Below, one piece after another: positions 13,101-25,749 of a stretch of DNA of 64,000 bases. The translations under genes were made by a program, and so were the position numbers. The notes beneath the pieces are model-generated. The model ran no database searches, was not told the origin of the DNA, and saw only the letters and a program-made list of their open reading frames with translations. The stretch comes from Gnetum montanum (Eukaryota > Plantae > Gnetophyta), in contig MNCI01003240.1 in assembly GCA_015680685.1 (NCBI GenBank), positions 285,468-349,467 of the forward strand. Reading direction: 5' to 3'. Each line of letters starts with the position of its first letter. The stretch's first letter is position 1.

Positions 13101-13669
13101 ATTACCCACAGATGAATAGGCAGGTAGAGGCTACAAATAAGTCCATAATCAACCTGCTAAAGTGGATGCTTAACAACAACAAGAGGTGGTGGCATGAGCA
13201 AATCCTCTATGTTCTATGGGCATACACAACGACATGGAGGACTGTGACAAGTAAGACCCCTTACAGTCTCATTTATGGATCTGAAGCTATGTTTCCTCTT
13301 GAGTTGCACGTACCGTCACTTTGGATGATCCTATTTGATGTTGTCAGCGAAGCCCAGAATAATGAGTTGAGAATTATTGATCTTGACTCAATAGAGGAGG
13401 AGCATGCACAAACGTTGAGCTACATAGAGCACTACCAGAGGAAGCAATAACAAAAGCACCATGCAAACCTGCATCAACGCCCAGTACAAAAGGGAGACCT
13501 CATCCTCAAGGCCATTCATGAACATGTGAGAAAATTCTCAACCAATTGGGAAGGCCCATACATGGTCACTAAAGCCATTGGAAATGGAGCCTTCAAGCTG
13601 GTGGACATGGATGACAACAAGTTTGCCAATTCGGTGAAGCACTCATACCTCAAGCCATACTACATCTGA
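10187..13669 (+). pseudogene. pol: pol of A: RT - RNase H - archaeal-type RNase H - integrase
   Basis: ICIDFQDLNK, LLSFMDGFSSYNQI, MMPFGLKN, NMDDI (RT); YYLSHAL (RH); TNNVVEYEGL, GDSQLVVNQ, NTMADAIA (aRH, ~11945-12330); WGLDLIGP-like, EYFTKWVEA, NWEGPY, KPYYI* (INT). Confidence 0.93.
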
Positions 13670-13694
13670 AGCATGAACATTGTAAGCTCATCCT

Positions 13695-13868
13695 TGGGTC
13701 ATGACGTTAAAATGGCATAATAGCACATCTGCTATGATGTTAAACTAGCACAACTCATTTTCTATGACATTAAAATGGCACAGCTCGTCCGCTATGATGT
13801 TAAACTAGCACATACGGTCTGCTGGGACCTTAAACTAGCACATGGTCTACTAGGACCTTAAACTGGGT
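13695..13868 (+). repeat. ~30 bp tandem array (ATGAYRTTAAACTAGCA core) after integrase of A
   Basis: Six units with conserved core and variable flanks. Confidence 0.85.
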
Positions 13869-13889
13869 TTGTGGCACATCCCCAACATG

Positions 13890-14020
13890 CATCTGCATCA
13901 AGTACACATCAAGAGAGCATGCACACATCAAGAAAGTGTGCACACATCAAGCAAGCTTTCACACATCAAGCGAGCATGCACACATCAAGCAAGTGTGCAC
14001 TCATCAAGCGAGCATGCACA
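13890..14020 (+). repeat. ~19 bp tandem repeat CACACATCAAGCRAGCATG
   Basis: Six to seven visible copies in the 3' UTR of A. Confidence 0.85.
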
Positions 14021-14910
14021 ATGTTGACATGGGGTGGAAGTTGTAGTTCTAGAATGCGGTTCGCAATGCAATGAGAACACACTCTGGAACATATGCAACA
14101 TTGCTATTCTTGGCATCCTACTGATCCCTTGGAGATGTCGTATGACATCTCACTGACCCCTCGGACCTACCTTCACCATGGCCCATTGCCCTGATGGTAG
14201 CTCCTTGGTCAGTGCCAGCTACTAGAGTTCTGGCAGTATTGTGGCCTAGCCATAATATTGTTACCATCTAGCTCCTTGTTGATGCCTAGGCTCACATTTA
14301 GCTATGTGGTAGCTGATCCCATAGCTAAACTAAGAATGGATGCCTTTAGTAGGGATTGTTGAGCAGTTGCATTCACAGCAACTCCCCACTCCTTCGATGC
14401 CAGCTCCTCCACGCTGATGCTATGAAGGCCGCTGCTGGCCTTCCTACTTTGGACACCATGCACTAGAAAAGGTGTCCAAGAGCTTCAATAGCATCTATAG
14501 TAAGTAAGGCCTTTGACTTTGTTTTGTATCATGGCTATTTCTTCCTGTTCGCTCTCTGTCGCGTTCATAGGATGTAGTCGAAGGTGCATCTCGCCACAGT
14601 AGCAAATGCTACATCATTCTAAGGGGTTGTCTTCACTAGCTTAGCCACAGTGGAGTGCACATCCTATTCCTCCCCTTTATTTTCCTCATCTCACTTTGCA
14701 TACCCATGATCCATGCTCCCCTCTCATTCACAAGCTTTTCTAGACATCTATCAAGCCCTCTTGTTTGCTCAATCACAAAACCCATGACATGTGTAATAAT
14801 AATGTTAGCAACGTCTTGATGATCACTGAACAATAATGTTAGCACTTTGTCTTCCATGGTGTTTCATATTCTTTGTCAACGTCTCTCAGGCCAATCCTCC
14901 AAATGCCAAC

Positions 14911-14923
14911 AAAGAGGGACCAA
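14911..14923 (+). promoter_or_regulatory. Polypurine tract of A
   Basis: AAAGAGGGACCAA directly before the TGAAACA LTR start. Confidence 0.85.
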
Positions 14924-16563
14924 TGAAACACCCTAAAATTTGCAGTTCGCACAGCATCATGATAGTTCTTTAGGAGATGGATGCTCTAATGTTTAGACTG
15001 TCCAGTTTGGCAAGTTTTCTACTCTTGGTGTTAATAGGCTAAACGGATTCTCCAACCTACCCACTTGAGTAGTTAACCTAGCAAATAGCATACTTAGGAG
15101 CAATGCGTGGAATTATTGGTGGTGCTCAGAATGTGCAAAAAAGTTTGGAAAGTTTTCTAAGTTGAGGAGTTTGCTATACTATGCTACACTATGTAGAGTA
15201 GTAGGCTTCAAAAAATAATTGCAGAACGAAGTGCTTCAGAAAGTTTTCTAACTCAAGGAGTTTTGCTATGCTACGCTATGCTATCTAGCGTAGTAGACTT
15301 CAGAAGACATTTGCAGATCTCCTCACTTGACTTCAATTCCTTTAGTAATTTCCCCTTTAATCAAAAAGTGGAAAACTTGGTAAAAGGAAAACCATGTTGG
15401 CTGCTACGCTATGCTAGGCTACATGGCGCAGTGTGGCGTAGCAATTCTACGAAAGTGACAGAAGGAAACTCAAAGGGTGGGATTAGCTAGTTCACAAGTT
15501 TCGTAGTGCAAAAGGCAAAGTTTGTAGATTGGCGACATTTTTTGTGACCAAGGATGGCTGCTATGCTATGCTACACTAAGTAGCATAGCATAGAGTAGAA
15601 AATATATAATAAAGAATCAGTGCACTTCAAAAGTTTCCGACACATGCAGTAAGCTGGATAACAAGATGTTATGCTAAGCCAACATGCTATGCTACAAAGC
15701 GTAGCGTAGCATAGCAAGTAGTTATGCCACATCAATGCACTTCTTCTAATTTCACTGTTAGCACACATCTCCAAACCCTGATGGTGTAATTACAGCCTGG
15801 CAGGCTCACAATTACGGTGTGGCAGGTTCGTAATTACAACGGTCATGCATGCCCATGTAGCACAGACAAGTCAACGCAAGCCTAGGGCACGTAGCATCCA
15901 AACCACATCTTTTGCATGCCCTTGGTCCTATAAATACGCCAATGAGCAACACTCAAGGGGTTCGGGTCTGGGTTTTTTGGCAATTTGGTTAGCTGGCAAG
16001 CAAAAAAATGAGTTAGTACTGTAACCTTAAGCATTGTAAGCTTTCTATTTGGCATTGTAAATAGTTAGCACTCGTAGTTGGTATTTTGTTCTACTCTTTT
16101 CTATCACTTTGGTAGCATTTTGCATTGTTAACTCCTGAATCTGGGTTCAAGCACACAGCCTTCTTGCTTTATGCATCTTTGTTACCTTTGGGATCTCTGT
16201 GCCTCCCAGTGTCATGCAACCAATTATATCCACCTTGACAGAGTGAAGTCATAATCTTGAAGTAGTGCATTTTTCTAACTGCATTCTACTTTTCTTTCTT
16301 TCTTATCATTGCATTTTTACATTGTTTTCTGTCCCTCTTGCATTTAAATTTTTCATTTTATGCTAGAGGTCTCATTTTCAAATTATCCATTTATGAAAGG
16401 TTATATTAACACCAACTAAGTCCTTGTCTGATTGACCAGACCGTTCAGGGCATCCCGTTTCCATTTTTATCCAGCACGACCATCGCGAAGATACGGGGTT
16501 AACACTGTCAACAACCAACAACCTCTCGGTGTTTTCCAGCCACCGACGTTTTTGGTCACTACA
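14924..16563 (+). repeat. 3' LTR of A (~1.64 kb)
   Basis: TGAAACA...CTACA termini; TATA box CTATAAATA at ~15928; end matches window start. Confidence 0.9.
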
Positions 16564-18361
16564 AGATGAAGAGCTTGTTGATGATTCCTTTAAAGAGGAG
16601 AAGCCATTGGAATTAGAAACTTCTATTTAGGATCTTGAATCTTCAAGCTTTGATGAGATTGGACAACCACATGTTAAAATCAAGTTGAGGCAATGATGGA
16701 TGGGAGAAGTCATGGAGAGGTAAGTGAGTCTAAGCTTAACCTTTTTGATGGTAGTAATGTCTCTCATGTTGAAGCTAGTGTGAGGGTTGCTAGTCATTCA
16801 ATGTAGATTAATAGTAGTTTGTTCAATTGGAATGATGTGCATCATGATCATTGTAATGATTATGATAACATTGTGAGTCCTATTTTGCTTGATATAAACA
16901 ATGTGTTTTTTTATGCCATTATTATTAAAAGAAAAGGTGATTATGCTAATTTATTTGATTTTATATGCAATAATAATGGTTATGATGGTAGTCATAATAG
17001 AAAGGTCATCATTGATGTTGGTAAATACATTGATAATGATATGATTTTCCAAAATTTGGAAATTCTTGCTATGGATTATGGCAATGATAAAATTATCAAA
17101 TGTATTAAAGGACTTGATTTTATTCACTATGAAATGAATAAGAAACATGAAGATAATATATGTTTTTGTGATGCTCATGGTAGAAGGGAGCTAGATGGTA
17201 GTCTTTCAAACAACAACAAGAAGTAGGTGAAAAAGAGGAAAAAAGATGGAAGAAGGGAAATTGATTTGATGAGACCTAATATTTATGAATTTCCTTACTC
17301 TTTATTTTTGGTCTAGGTCATGGAAGAAACATATGAAATTTGGTGCTCTCACAATGAAAGCATGATGGAGCCTTTGAGGGTATAGACTCGATTCACTCTT
17401 GTTCATGTAATTCTCAATTGTAATGTAAGTACAAAATTATGCTTGTGTGTGTGCATGTATGCACTTATGTATGTCATACATACATTCTGTAATATGTTTA
17501 TATGTGTTTGTGAAATAAGTTTGAAATATAGAAACAAAATGTTATGAACTTTAATCATTCCATGCGTGTTGTGATTTGGTTTGTGTGTGACTTGTGGCCT
17601 ATGTGATAAGGCAACAAGTATCCTAAGTGAGGAACCAAGAGTCGTTTGAAGGAGGATAGTGCTGATGTGAACATCAAATAGGTCAATGTAACATATCTCC
17701 CTTGAGTTTTCACATATTTGGAAGTGTTTGGGACTAGTTTGATAAGTTTAGGAGGTTTTGGGGGCAATGAGGACTTGATTGGAGGTTTTAAAGGTCCCAA
17801 GCCTTAAAACAAACATCTTTGTATTTTTCATTTATAGGTGGGACGTTCCAACTATAGTTCAAACATATTAAATGTAGGTGAGATGTCCCAAATTCGTTTT
17901 AGACAACCCAACCAAGATGTCCTACATGATTCTAGGACTTCTAAGCTATTAATAGCCACTTTTGGATGAGACATCCAATTGTCCTTCAAGACATCCTAGA
18001 TGGACACTAGACAATTTCCTATGAGTTTTTAAAGATTTAAATTTTAAATTTAAAGAGGAAAGATAAAGAGACAAGGGGGAAAGATATGAATAGAACTCTT
18101 TGACCTTCATTTTAGTCAAGAGAGTTTAGGGAATGTGAGGTGAGTTGAGAGAAGAGTAGAGAGAGATAGAGTCTTGGCTAAGTACCTTGATCAGCATCCA
18201 TGTGAGAGTATGCTTTCTTTGATTAAGTGTGTCTAAGTATTCGATTGAATCTCTTGTCTATCCTTGGAAATTTGTGCTTCATTTTAGTTGTGATTTCTCC
18301 ATTTGAGCAACAATAAAGCTTTCATTCTATTTTCTTATTCACATTTGTTATTTTTGTGACA
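16564..18361 (+). mobile_element. Degenerate AT-rich LTR-element remnant interrupted by A; candidate LTR ~17663-18361
   Basis: Purine-rich GAAGGAGGATAG followed by TGATG at ~17663; GAYRTCC motif repeats; AATAAA near the end. No partner LTR in the window. Confidence 0.35.
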
Positions 18362-18899
18362 TTGAGAGAGCTTAGACTATGGAATCCATGGGAGCTCTTC
18401 ATTATAACCATTTGTAACCCATTATGATATACAATGTTCTAGTTATAATATTAATAGCATTTTATTCCTAACTATCTACATGTACTCAAAAAATTTCAAG
18501 TCTTTTATTATTTATTTAAAATGTGTAATCTCTCTTACTAGTTTCACAAATTAGCATTTTTGATTTTTCAACATTCACATTCACTATTGTACATTCACAA
18601 AATATTGGATCATGAAAGATCACACTAGAAAGTAACTTGCAAAAAGGGATGAAAAATGGAAAAAATTTTAGGTAAGATGTGAAAAGGATATTATTGCATA
18701 CCTAAATGCTAGCATCACGGTAGTCATTAAAAATAAGTAGTATTCCAAAAATTATTGATAAAATACATATGTCCTCTTTGTTGTAGATTCTTAATGTAGA
18801 TGGTAGAATTGAAAATAATGTAGATTTCTTTCATAGCTTTGATTTTTTTGGGGTTTTTTAAACTTAGGAAGATTTTAGTTTTGCAGATTTTTTGATTTC

Positions 18900-19790
18900 T
18901 AAATTTATAAAATTTGTTATAACAAACATTATAGGATGAAGAGCTAAAGCTTGTAGTGGCAATGTAAACTTGGTGAGGAAATCTTTTGAAATTGTGTGCT
19001 TTAGAAAAAATATATGATCATAAATAGTATATTTAGATAAAATTATTATGCCACCATGATTATGCTTTCCTTACCATATGCTATTTTATCCTTAAAGATA
19101 TTACATACTATGATACTATAAAGTTATCTCATAATCATCCTTTCTATTTCTTAGGTATAGATATTATGGAATTTTTAGCAAAAGACTCAATGTTCATTTC
19201 TAGAAATTTTAATAAAAGAATAGGTTCACAATAAATAAAAATTATTTATTCATAACATAATGTTGATAGTTTAGACATTGTTAAAGATCATATATGAGCG
19301 CAGCATTTTGTAGATAAAACTATTCATAAGATGTATTAACAATTATTAGAATGGATAAAAACTTTTGATCTTCTCATCTGTAATGGATTAACAAAACCGT
19401 AAGGTAACTTTTGTATTGATTTTCTTTTTTATTTTCATAAAGGCATTGAATTTATTAAGGATTTGAAAGTTGGATAGGAATTTGTGAAATATTGTTATCA
19501 TCATTTAGAGTTTGTATTGCAAGTTAGAATTTCTTCTTAGGAAGAAAATAGAAATGAAAACATTTTTCATACAAAGTCAACCAAAGAGTCAAGAAAAAAT
19601 ATATGAATGTATCACATTATAAAAGAAATCTTGAAAGACACTATAAAAATCTTGAGTAAATTTTACTTGTAGTAATTAAACAAGTTATACATTCTAACAA
19701 TAAGATGCTTAGAAGACTTCATTTGATGAGGATTTCATGTAGGCCAAATAGAATATTAAGAATGTAAATAAGAAGCATAAACAAAGTATA
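18900..19790 (+). mobile_element. Highly eroded LINE (APE endonuclease) remnant
   Basis: MFISRNFNKRIG (resembles GDFNARIG), FDLLICNG, IDF and FDEDF..AK (resembles WFDEEC..AK) occur in the expected order. Confidence 0.35.
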
Positions 19791-19897
19791 ATACCCTAGT
19801 ATTTTGAACCTAGGACCTTTTCTTGACTATTTATTTTATGCTTGGTGATTTAATATAATATTGTATTTTATAATATGATCTAATATTATATCAATAG

Positions 19898-20899
19898 TAG
19901 TGTAGGAACACCTCTATTGATTCCCTTTATTCTTCCCTACATGTGTGTTTTGTAGGTTTCGGGCTTGAAGAAAATTTCTTGAAGGGCAAGAGAACATTTT
20001 GATAGAGGCCTAGAAGTAATAGGTGACATTTGAAGAGAAGATGAGATGTTCTATTATTTTGATAGTCATCTTAATTGAGACATCTTATCTAAGAAGAAGA
20101 CATCTTGAGAGAGATGTCTCCTCAAGCTAGAAGATGCTGTACATAAGACATCTTCACTACATGCAAGAAATATTGCCTATGTAGGAGACATCTTGGCCTA
20201 AGAGAAGACGTCTTGCAAAAACAGTAGATGTCATTTCTAAGAGTTGGGTTTTCATAGGAGACATCATGGTAAGTTCAAAGATGATCAATATGGCCAAGAA
20301 AACTTCCAAAAACACTCAACGCAAGTCCAAAAACATCCAAAACAAGATGAAAAAGAATGAAAATAGCTAGGGATAAGGTGAGAAGACATGGGAAACATCT
20401 AAAGATCCTCAAATTAAGTTGAGGAAAGGTTTCTAGGTTTCATGTCTTCCAGTTTGTTATAAATATTATTGTATTCATCATTATTGAGGACCAAGAGTAA
20501 GAGAGAGAGTCCTTGAATGTGAAGAGTTAAGCAAGAGAGTGTGGATAACCACATTAAGTGAGTGCAATTGGTGATTGAAACTCCAAGATCAACTTATGGT
20601 GTGTTGGTCTATGTGTTTTATTCTCTTAGGTCTTGCATGTGAGTTGAGATCTTAGTCCTGGGTTATGGAAGAGATTTTCTATTGGTTGTGTCCTGTAGAG
20701 CCTTATGCTCTGAAATATTAGTTAAGTATGATTGGCTTTGGTTGTTTTTGAGTTTTGAGAATCTTTTTGTAATCTTCTAATAATTTAATTGAAGATAGAT
20801 AGTTTTCTTATCTTCTAGCAAAAAGGTTTATCTTTGCATAATATCTAGATTAATTACATGAAGATGATTTATTTTTGGTGTGAAATTGCTCTAGCGTTA
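19898..20899 (+). repeat. 5' LTR of D
   Basis: First ~330 bp align with 52579-52890; AGACATCT/AGATGTCT motif repeats; followed by PBS. Confidence 0.75.
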
Positions 20900-20900
20900 T

Positions 20901-20912
20901 TGGTATTAGAGA
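20901..20912 (+). promoter_or_regulatory. PBS of D (initiator tRNA-Met, degenerate)
   Basis: TGGTATTAGAGA vs consensus TGGTATCAGAGC. Confidence 0.7.
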
Positions 20913-21149
20913 TTTATGCTAAGATTTGTGATCAGATCTTAGCGTTGAAGCTTAGTTTTGTGTTGATTTTCACTTGGAAATTGGTTGAGGATATTGTCAA
21001 TTTTAGATGGAACCCAAGAAAAAAAAAAGTGCAAGCTCTAAATCAAAATAGGAAAAGCATTAAGTTTTCATTCCAAATGATGGTTTTTTGGTTAGATGAA
21101 ATTACCATAAAGGTAGACAAGAATGCTAGTGCTAGCCATATCAAGACAT

Positions 21150-22571
21150 GTAGAGGTGAAAAGCATACACATTCATATGGAAAATTTTCATAACTAGGTG
21201 AATATGGAGTAGATGAAAAGGAAGGAAAATCTAACTATGGAAGTGCAAAAAACCATTAACCAAGGATTTCAATGGAAAGGAATCCTATTTCTTGGATGAG
21301 AAATTTGAGGGTTCCAATGGTATTAAACACTTCTTCTCTAAGAAAGCTTGAGAAGGAAGATGAGAAAACACTTTCTAGAGCATTCAAAAATGTTGTAAGA
21401 TTTTTGTACATGGAATTGAAGACTTTCAATGATGTAGATGGAACCAATGATTTTTTGAGTTGGCTAAATATACTTAAGAAGCATTTTTAGTTTGAAGAGA
21501 TATCAAACAGCTTTAGGATACTTATTGCTAAATATAGATTAGAAGGTATTGCTTCTACATAGTTGTAAAAGGAGTCCTAGGGTTATCATAAATGAAATGG
21601 TCAACCTATTAGAGATTGGGATATGATGTAATGCAAAAAATTTAAACAATATCATCATAAATAAGAAACCATTATAAAGGTAAAATTCCTAATGCAAGGT
21701 GACAAGGATGTCAAAGGATTCTACATCAAATTTTGTGATCTATTCCATCAAGATAAGGTAAACTGGGAAGAATATGAGCAAGCTTTAATCTTTTTATGAG
21801 GTATCAAAAAATAGCATACTAATAAGAGTTATCTTTTATAAGCCACAAATTCATAATGAGTCTTATGATTTAGTACTCAAGATTGAGAAGAAATTATGTG
21901 GATACAAAAATAGGAGTAAAGAAACTTCCAAGGGAAAGGAGAAGGGATCCAAGTCTAGAACTAAAGACAAGGAGGGTGGTAATGGAAAGAATACTGAAAG
22001 AGATGATGAGAAGAGCAAAGCCAGGAAGGGCCAAGGCAAGGGTAAAGGTAGAATCTCATAAAAAAATTGATGCTTCAAGTGTGGAGAATGAGGATACAAG
22101 CAATGGGAATGTCCACTTCACAAGACATCCAAGGACAAAGATGTGCAAACAATGGAGGTGAAGGAGACATCAAGCTAAGGTCTTTAGACAAATAACCCTA
22201 ATGCTCCAAAAATTAAGGATGTTTCTAAATTTAATTCTTATGCATCCATGAGAAATGTAAATAGAGGTCATCACCCTAACAGAAAATTATTTTTTTAGAT
22301 TGGGACTAGATGTTTACTTAGTGGGAAATGGATTCATGTTTTGATTGATGGAGAAGCTTAAAAAATGTTATTTCTTCTAGGGAAGTTGCTAGATTATGTT
22401 TGATAACTAATCCTCATCTAAGACCCAATAACGTGCATTGGTTTTCTAAAGATTTAAAATTGGAGGTTTTCATGATGTTGCAAAATGTGATGTACCTCTA
22501 ATAGATTATGCTGATGTAATTTTTAGTAGACCATGGAATTTTGACAATGGTTCTAAATTTGATATAGAAAG
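21150..22571 (+). pseudogene. gag: gag-protease of D
   Basis: Zinc knuckle CFKCGE*GYKQWECP at 22071-22115; LIDG protease motif at ~22341; FSRPWNFD end motif. Confidence 0.78.
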
Positions 22572-24147
22572 TGTGACGTTTGAAAATGTCATTGGCTGGA
22601 ACTCCAAGAGGTCGTTGGGCATATAGCCTAACCTTGGATCTATGCGAGGGCCATGCTAGAGAAAATGGAAATAGGGTGCCCTGAACGGTTGGGTTGATTA
22701 GACAAGGACTTATGTGGTGTCAAATAACCAATTGCAAATAGTGATTTTAGAGTGTGACACACGGAGGTTGGACTGAAAGAAAATGTGGCACACACAATAG
22801 TAGAAACGTACTAAAGTATGTAACTAGGATAATAAGCATGCACAAACACACAATAATGTAATATGTATGGTGTAGTAGAATAAAATAAGAGCTTGGAAGA
22901 GAAAATGCACCACCCCAAAATCAGTGGAGTGTAGCTAATTTACAAAGGTATACACAATGTACAATAGGTGCAGTCAAAGCACAGTCATAGCCTTGGTGGT
23001 GTCATGGTATGAAATTTGTTGCTCACTGTGTTGAACTATGCCTACTTAGTTGGTAGCCACGGTGTACCATGTGAGGTTCTACTAGGTTGCAATGGGGCTG
23101 CAATGTACTGTGCAGTGTAGCTATGCCTCTTTGTCGGTGTGGGGTGCGTTGGGTCTCATTCACCCATAGAGCTAAGTGCCAAGATGTCAAAGTGCCAAAT
23201 GCCAAATGGAAGTGCCAACTACCTCCTTGGTGAAAAACAAAATTCAACTCCATGTTACACGAGATGCTGGTTGCTACTATCTACTATCTATTTTCTACTA
23301 CACTTGGCCCATGTTACGTGTGGTACATGGAATGCTAGTTTCTACTGTCTACTACGCCCATCCTATGTTATGGGTGATACATGGGATGCTAGTCGCTACT
23401 GTCTAATGCATTCATCCCATGTTACGCATGATACATGGGATGCTAGTTGCTACTATCTACTACACATTGTCTACTATCTATTTCACACTATCTACTATCT
23501 ATTTCACTAGTCCCATGTTATGCATAGTACATGGGATGCTAGTTGCTACTGTCTACTATGCCCATCCTGTGTCATGTGTGGGACATGGGAGATTGTCTAC
23601 TACACCCATCCACTATCTATTGTGCCTGTCCACTGTCTACTACGCCCATCCATTGTCTATTGTACACTATCTATTGTCTAATGCACACTATCTACTATCT
23701 ACTACATACTATCTACAATCTACTACACCTATCCACTATCTATTGCACCAATCCATTGTCTACTGCAAGTGACATGGTGCTACACTATGCTACGCTACAC
23801 AGTGTAACAAGGTGCTATGCTACGTAGTGTAACAGGGTGTTATGCTACACAACATAATAGGGTGCTACGCTGCACTACACTACATAGTGTAACAATGCAC
23901 TATGCTACGTAGCATAACAGGGTGCTATGCTATAGTAGACAAGGTGCTACGCTACGCAACATAACAAGGTGACATGTGAATCTGCAGAATGTGCTAGCAT
24001 TCTAACACTTGGAAAAATTTTGCAAATATGGCAATTGGAGCTGACTACATTCCACACTTGAAAAAAATATGGGCAAAGTAACACCATTTTGAGACTTATT
24101 CATATTTGCAATTGTGACGCTGAGACCTAAGATTTTGTGGTGTTTCA
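22572..24147 (-). repeat. 3' LTR of B with internal tandem arrays (TGCTACTRTCTACTAC; TGCTACGCTAC..GTAACAGGG)
   Basis: Aligns to 30132-31099 and 48978-49687; + strand ends TGTTTCA. Confidence 0.9.
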
Positions 24148-24160
24148 ATGGCCCCTTTTT
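24148..24160 (-). promoter_or_regulatory. PPT of B
   Basis: Reverse complement reads AAAAAGGGGCCAT adjacent to the LTR. Confidence 0.85.
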
Positions 24161-25199
24161 GTTGACATCTAGAGGAGTTGCCTAAGAGATGTCAACAAAG
24201 AATTACAAAACACCACAACAAACATGTCACCAACATCACTTGTCGACACAAGATCAGATGTCATTTTACCATGCTCAAGAGTGATATGGGAATAAGTTTA
24301 TGCTAAGAGACAAAAGGGTATAGGCAATGCTAGAGACATGAAATTTGAACTATGGGAATGAAATGAAAATAGTGGATCATGGTGTAAGATGCAAATTTAG
24401 CATAGTTGACAGTGATCATGGCTTGAAGTGGTTCACCCCTGAAATGTTGACCTCTTATCAGAGTGCTTATGAGAGTGTCAATGTTGATCCAAGGCTAGGC
24501 CAATTGTGAAGCTACAACATTGTCAATTTTCTTGGGAATGTGCTTTTCCCCATTCTTTTTTTTATAAGGTAAACCTTCTTTCGGTTTGGCTTACTACTGA
24601 ATGTTAGCTACAAGTTGACCATCAAGGAGATGGACTTTGTTTCCCAAGGATGATTCATGTTACATCCACCTAGGCTTTGATCATGCAACAGAGGCTTCCC
24701 ACAGGACGAGTTATGTTACATTGACCATAGGTTCTATAGTTGATATGAAGAGAATGCCATATGCATCATAGTGTGTATGCATCTGAGGGATGTGTAATCA
24801 TCAGTATTGGAAGATGAGAGGATATAGGATGATAGAGTGGATGTGGATAGGTTGTAATAGGGATGAGGGGGAATGTACACTCTTGAGTGGCTCAACTAGT
24901 CTAATCATGCACATTAGTACAATGCAGTGACTTATTGCTATGGTGATATGCACCTTTGTACGACCACCTTTAAGGCTTCATCCTACAAACACAACTTTGA
25001 GAAGAAAAGAAAACCACACAACATGAAATGCCAATGTACATTTCAGATGTGAACATGCCACAAGTGCTAGATGCGAAGATGATGCAAATGTGTCAAATGC
25101 TATGCTAGTTGCAAGTGCTTTGGAAGCTGGTGAAAGTGCCAGGGTGATGATGTTATGAGTCCTATAAAGGAAATGGCAAGTGTTCAAATCAGATTAGAA

Positions 25200-25460
25200 A
25201 CATGTTAGTTTAAAGTTCTGGTAGATTGTGAACCCAACTTAAGGTCCTGACAGACAATGCTATGCTAGTTTATAGTCCTAGCAGACTGTTGGATGCTAGT
25301 TTAATGTAGTAGTAGACAATGGTTGTTGTGCCAGTTTAATGTCATGACCCAAGGATGAGTTTTTGTGCCATTTTAATGTCATGACCCAAGGATGGGTTGT
25401 TGTGCCATTTTAACGTCATCACCTAAGGACTAGCTGTTCCAATTTATAGTCATAGTAGAC
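25200..25460 (-). repeat. TTAAACTAGCA-core ~30 bp array of B
   Basis: About 8 copies of tgcYagtttaatgtcat-like units. Confidence 0.85.
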
Positions 25461-25749
25461 TGGTGCTTACCTTGCTTGTGTAAGGTGTGATGCAACATGC
25501 ATAGTCATGTTGTGTGATTGTAAGATCTTGCAAAAATCAACTAGAAAGAAAACAACATCAAGAAAAACCCATTGTAAATAAAGTTGAAATGCACAAATGA
25601 AAGGAAAGTAGTGCAAAAATTGATAGTTTTAGGCTATTCTAGGCCATAGGCTAGTTTAAGGCCTTTTTGGGCCATATGTTTTTGTTGTTTTTCAAATGCA
25701 ATTCATAAACTAAGTTGATGAATGTGTAAAAAAATAAAAATGTGTGATC

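Larger units (their letters stand above)
1..16563 (+). mobile_element. Element A: Ty3/Gypsy Tat-group (Ogre/Retand-like domain order) LTR retrotransposon, degenerate; 5' LTR truncated by window edge
   Basis: 1-195 matches 16369-16563 (LTR ends). PBS at 202; gag-PR, RT-RH-aRH-INT in order; PPT at 14911. Confidence 0.93.

Noticed and set aside
13695-13868. CRISPR-like repeat/spacer appearance of the 30 bp arrays
   Set aside because: Repeats are degenerate, spacers are short and related to each other, there are no cas genes, and the context is a eukaryotic retrotransposon UTR.
16819-17226. 135 aa Asp/Asn-rich ORF as a host gene
   Set aside because: AT-rich biased composition, no recognisable domain or splice structure; more likely a decayed element interior.
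23139-23827. Overlapping Tyr/His/Cys-rich ORFs (also 48649-49269)
   Set aside because: These are translations of LTR tandem repeats, not genes.
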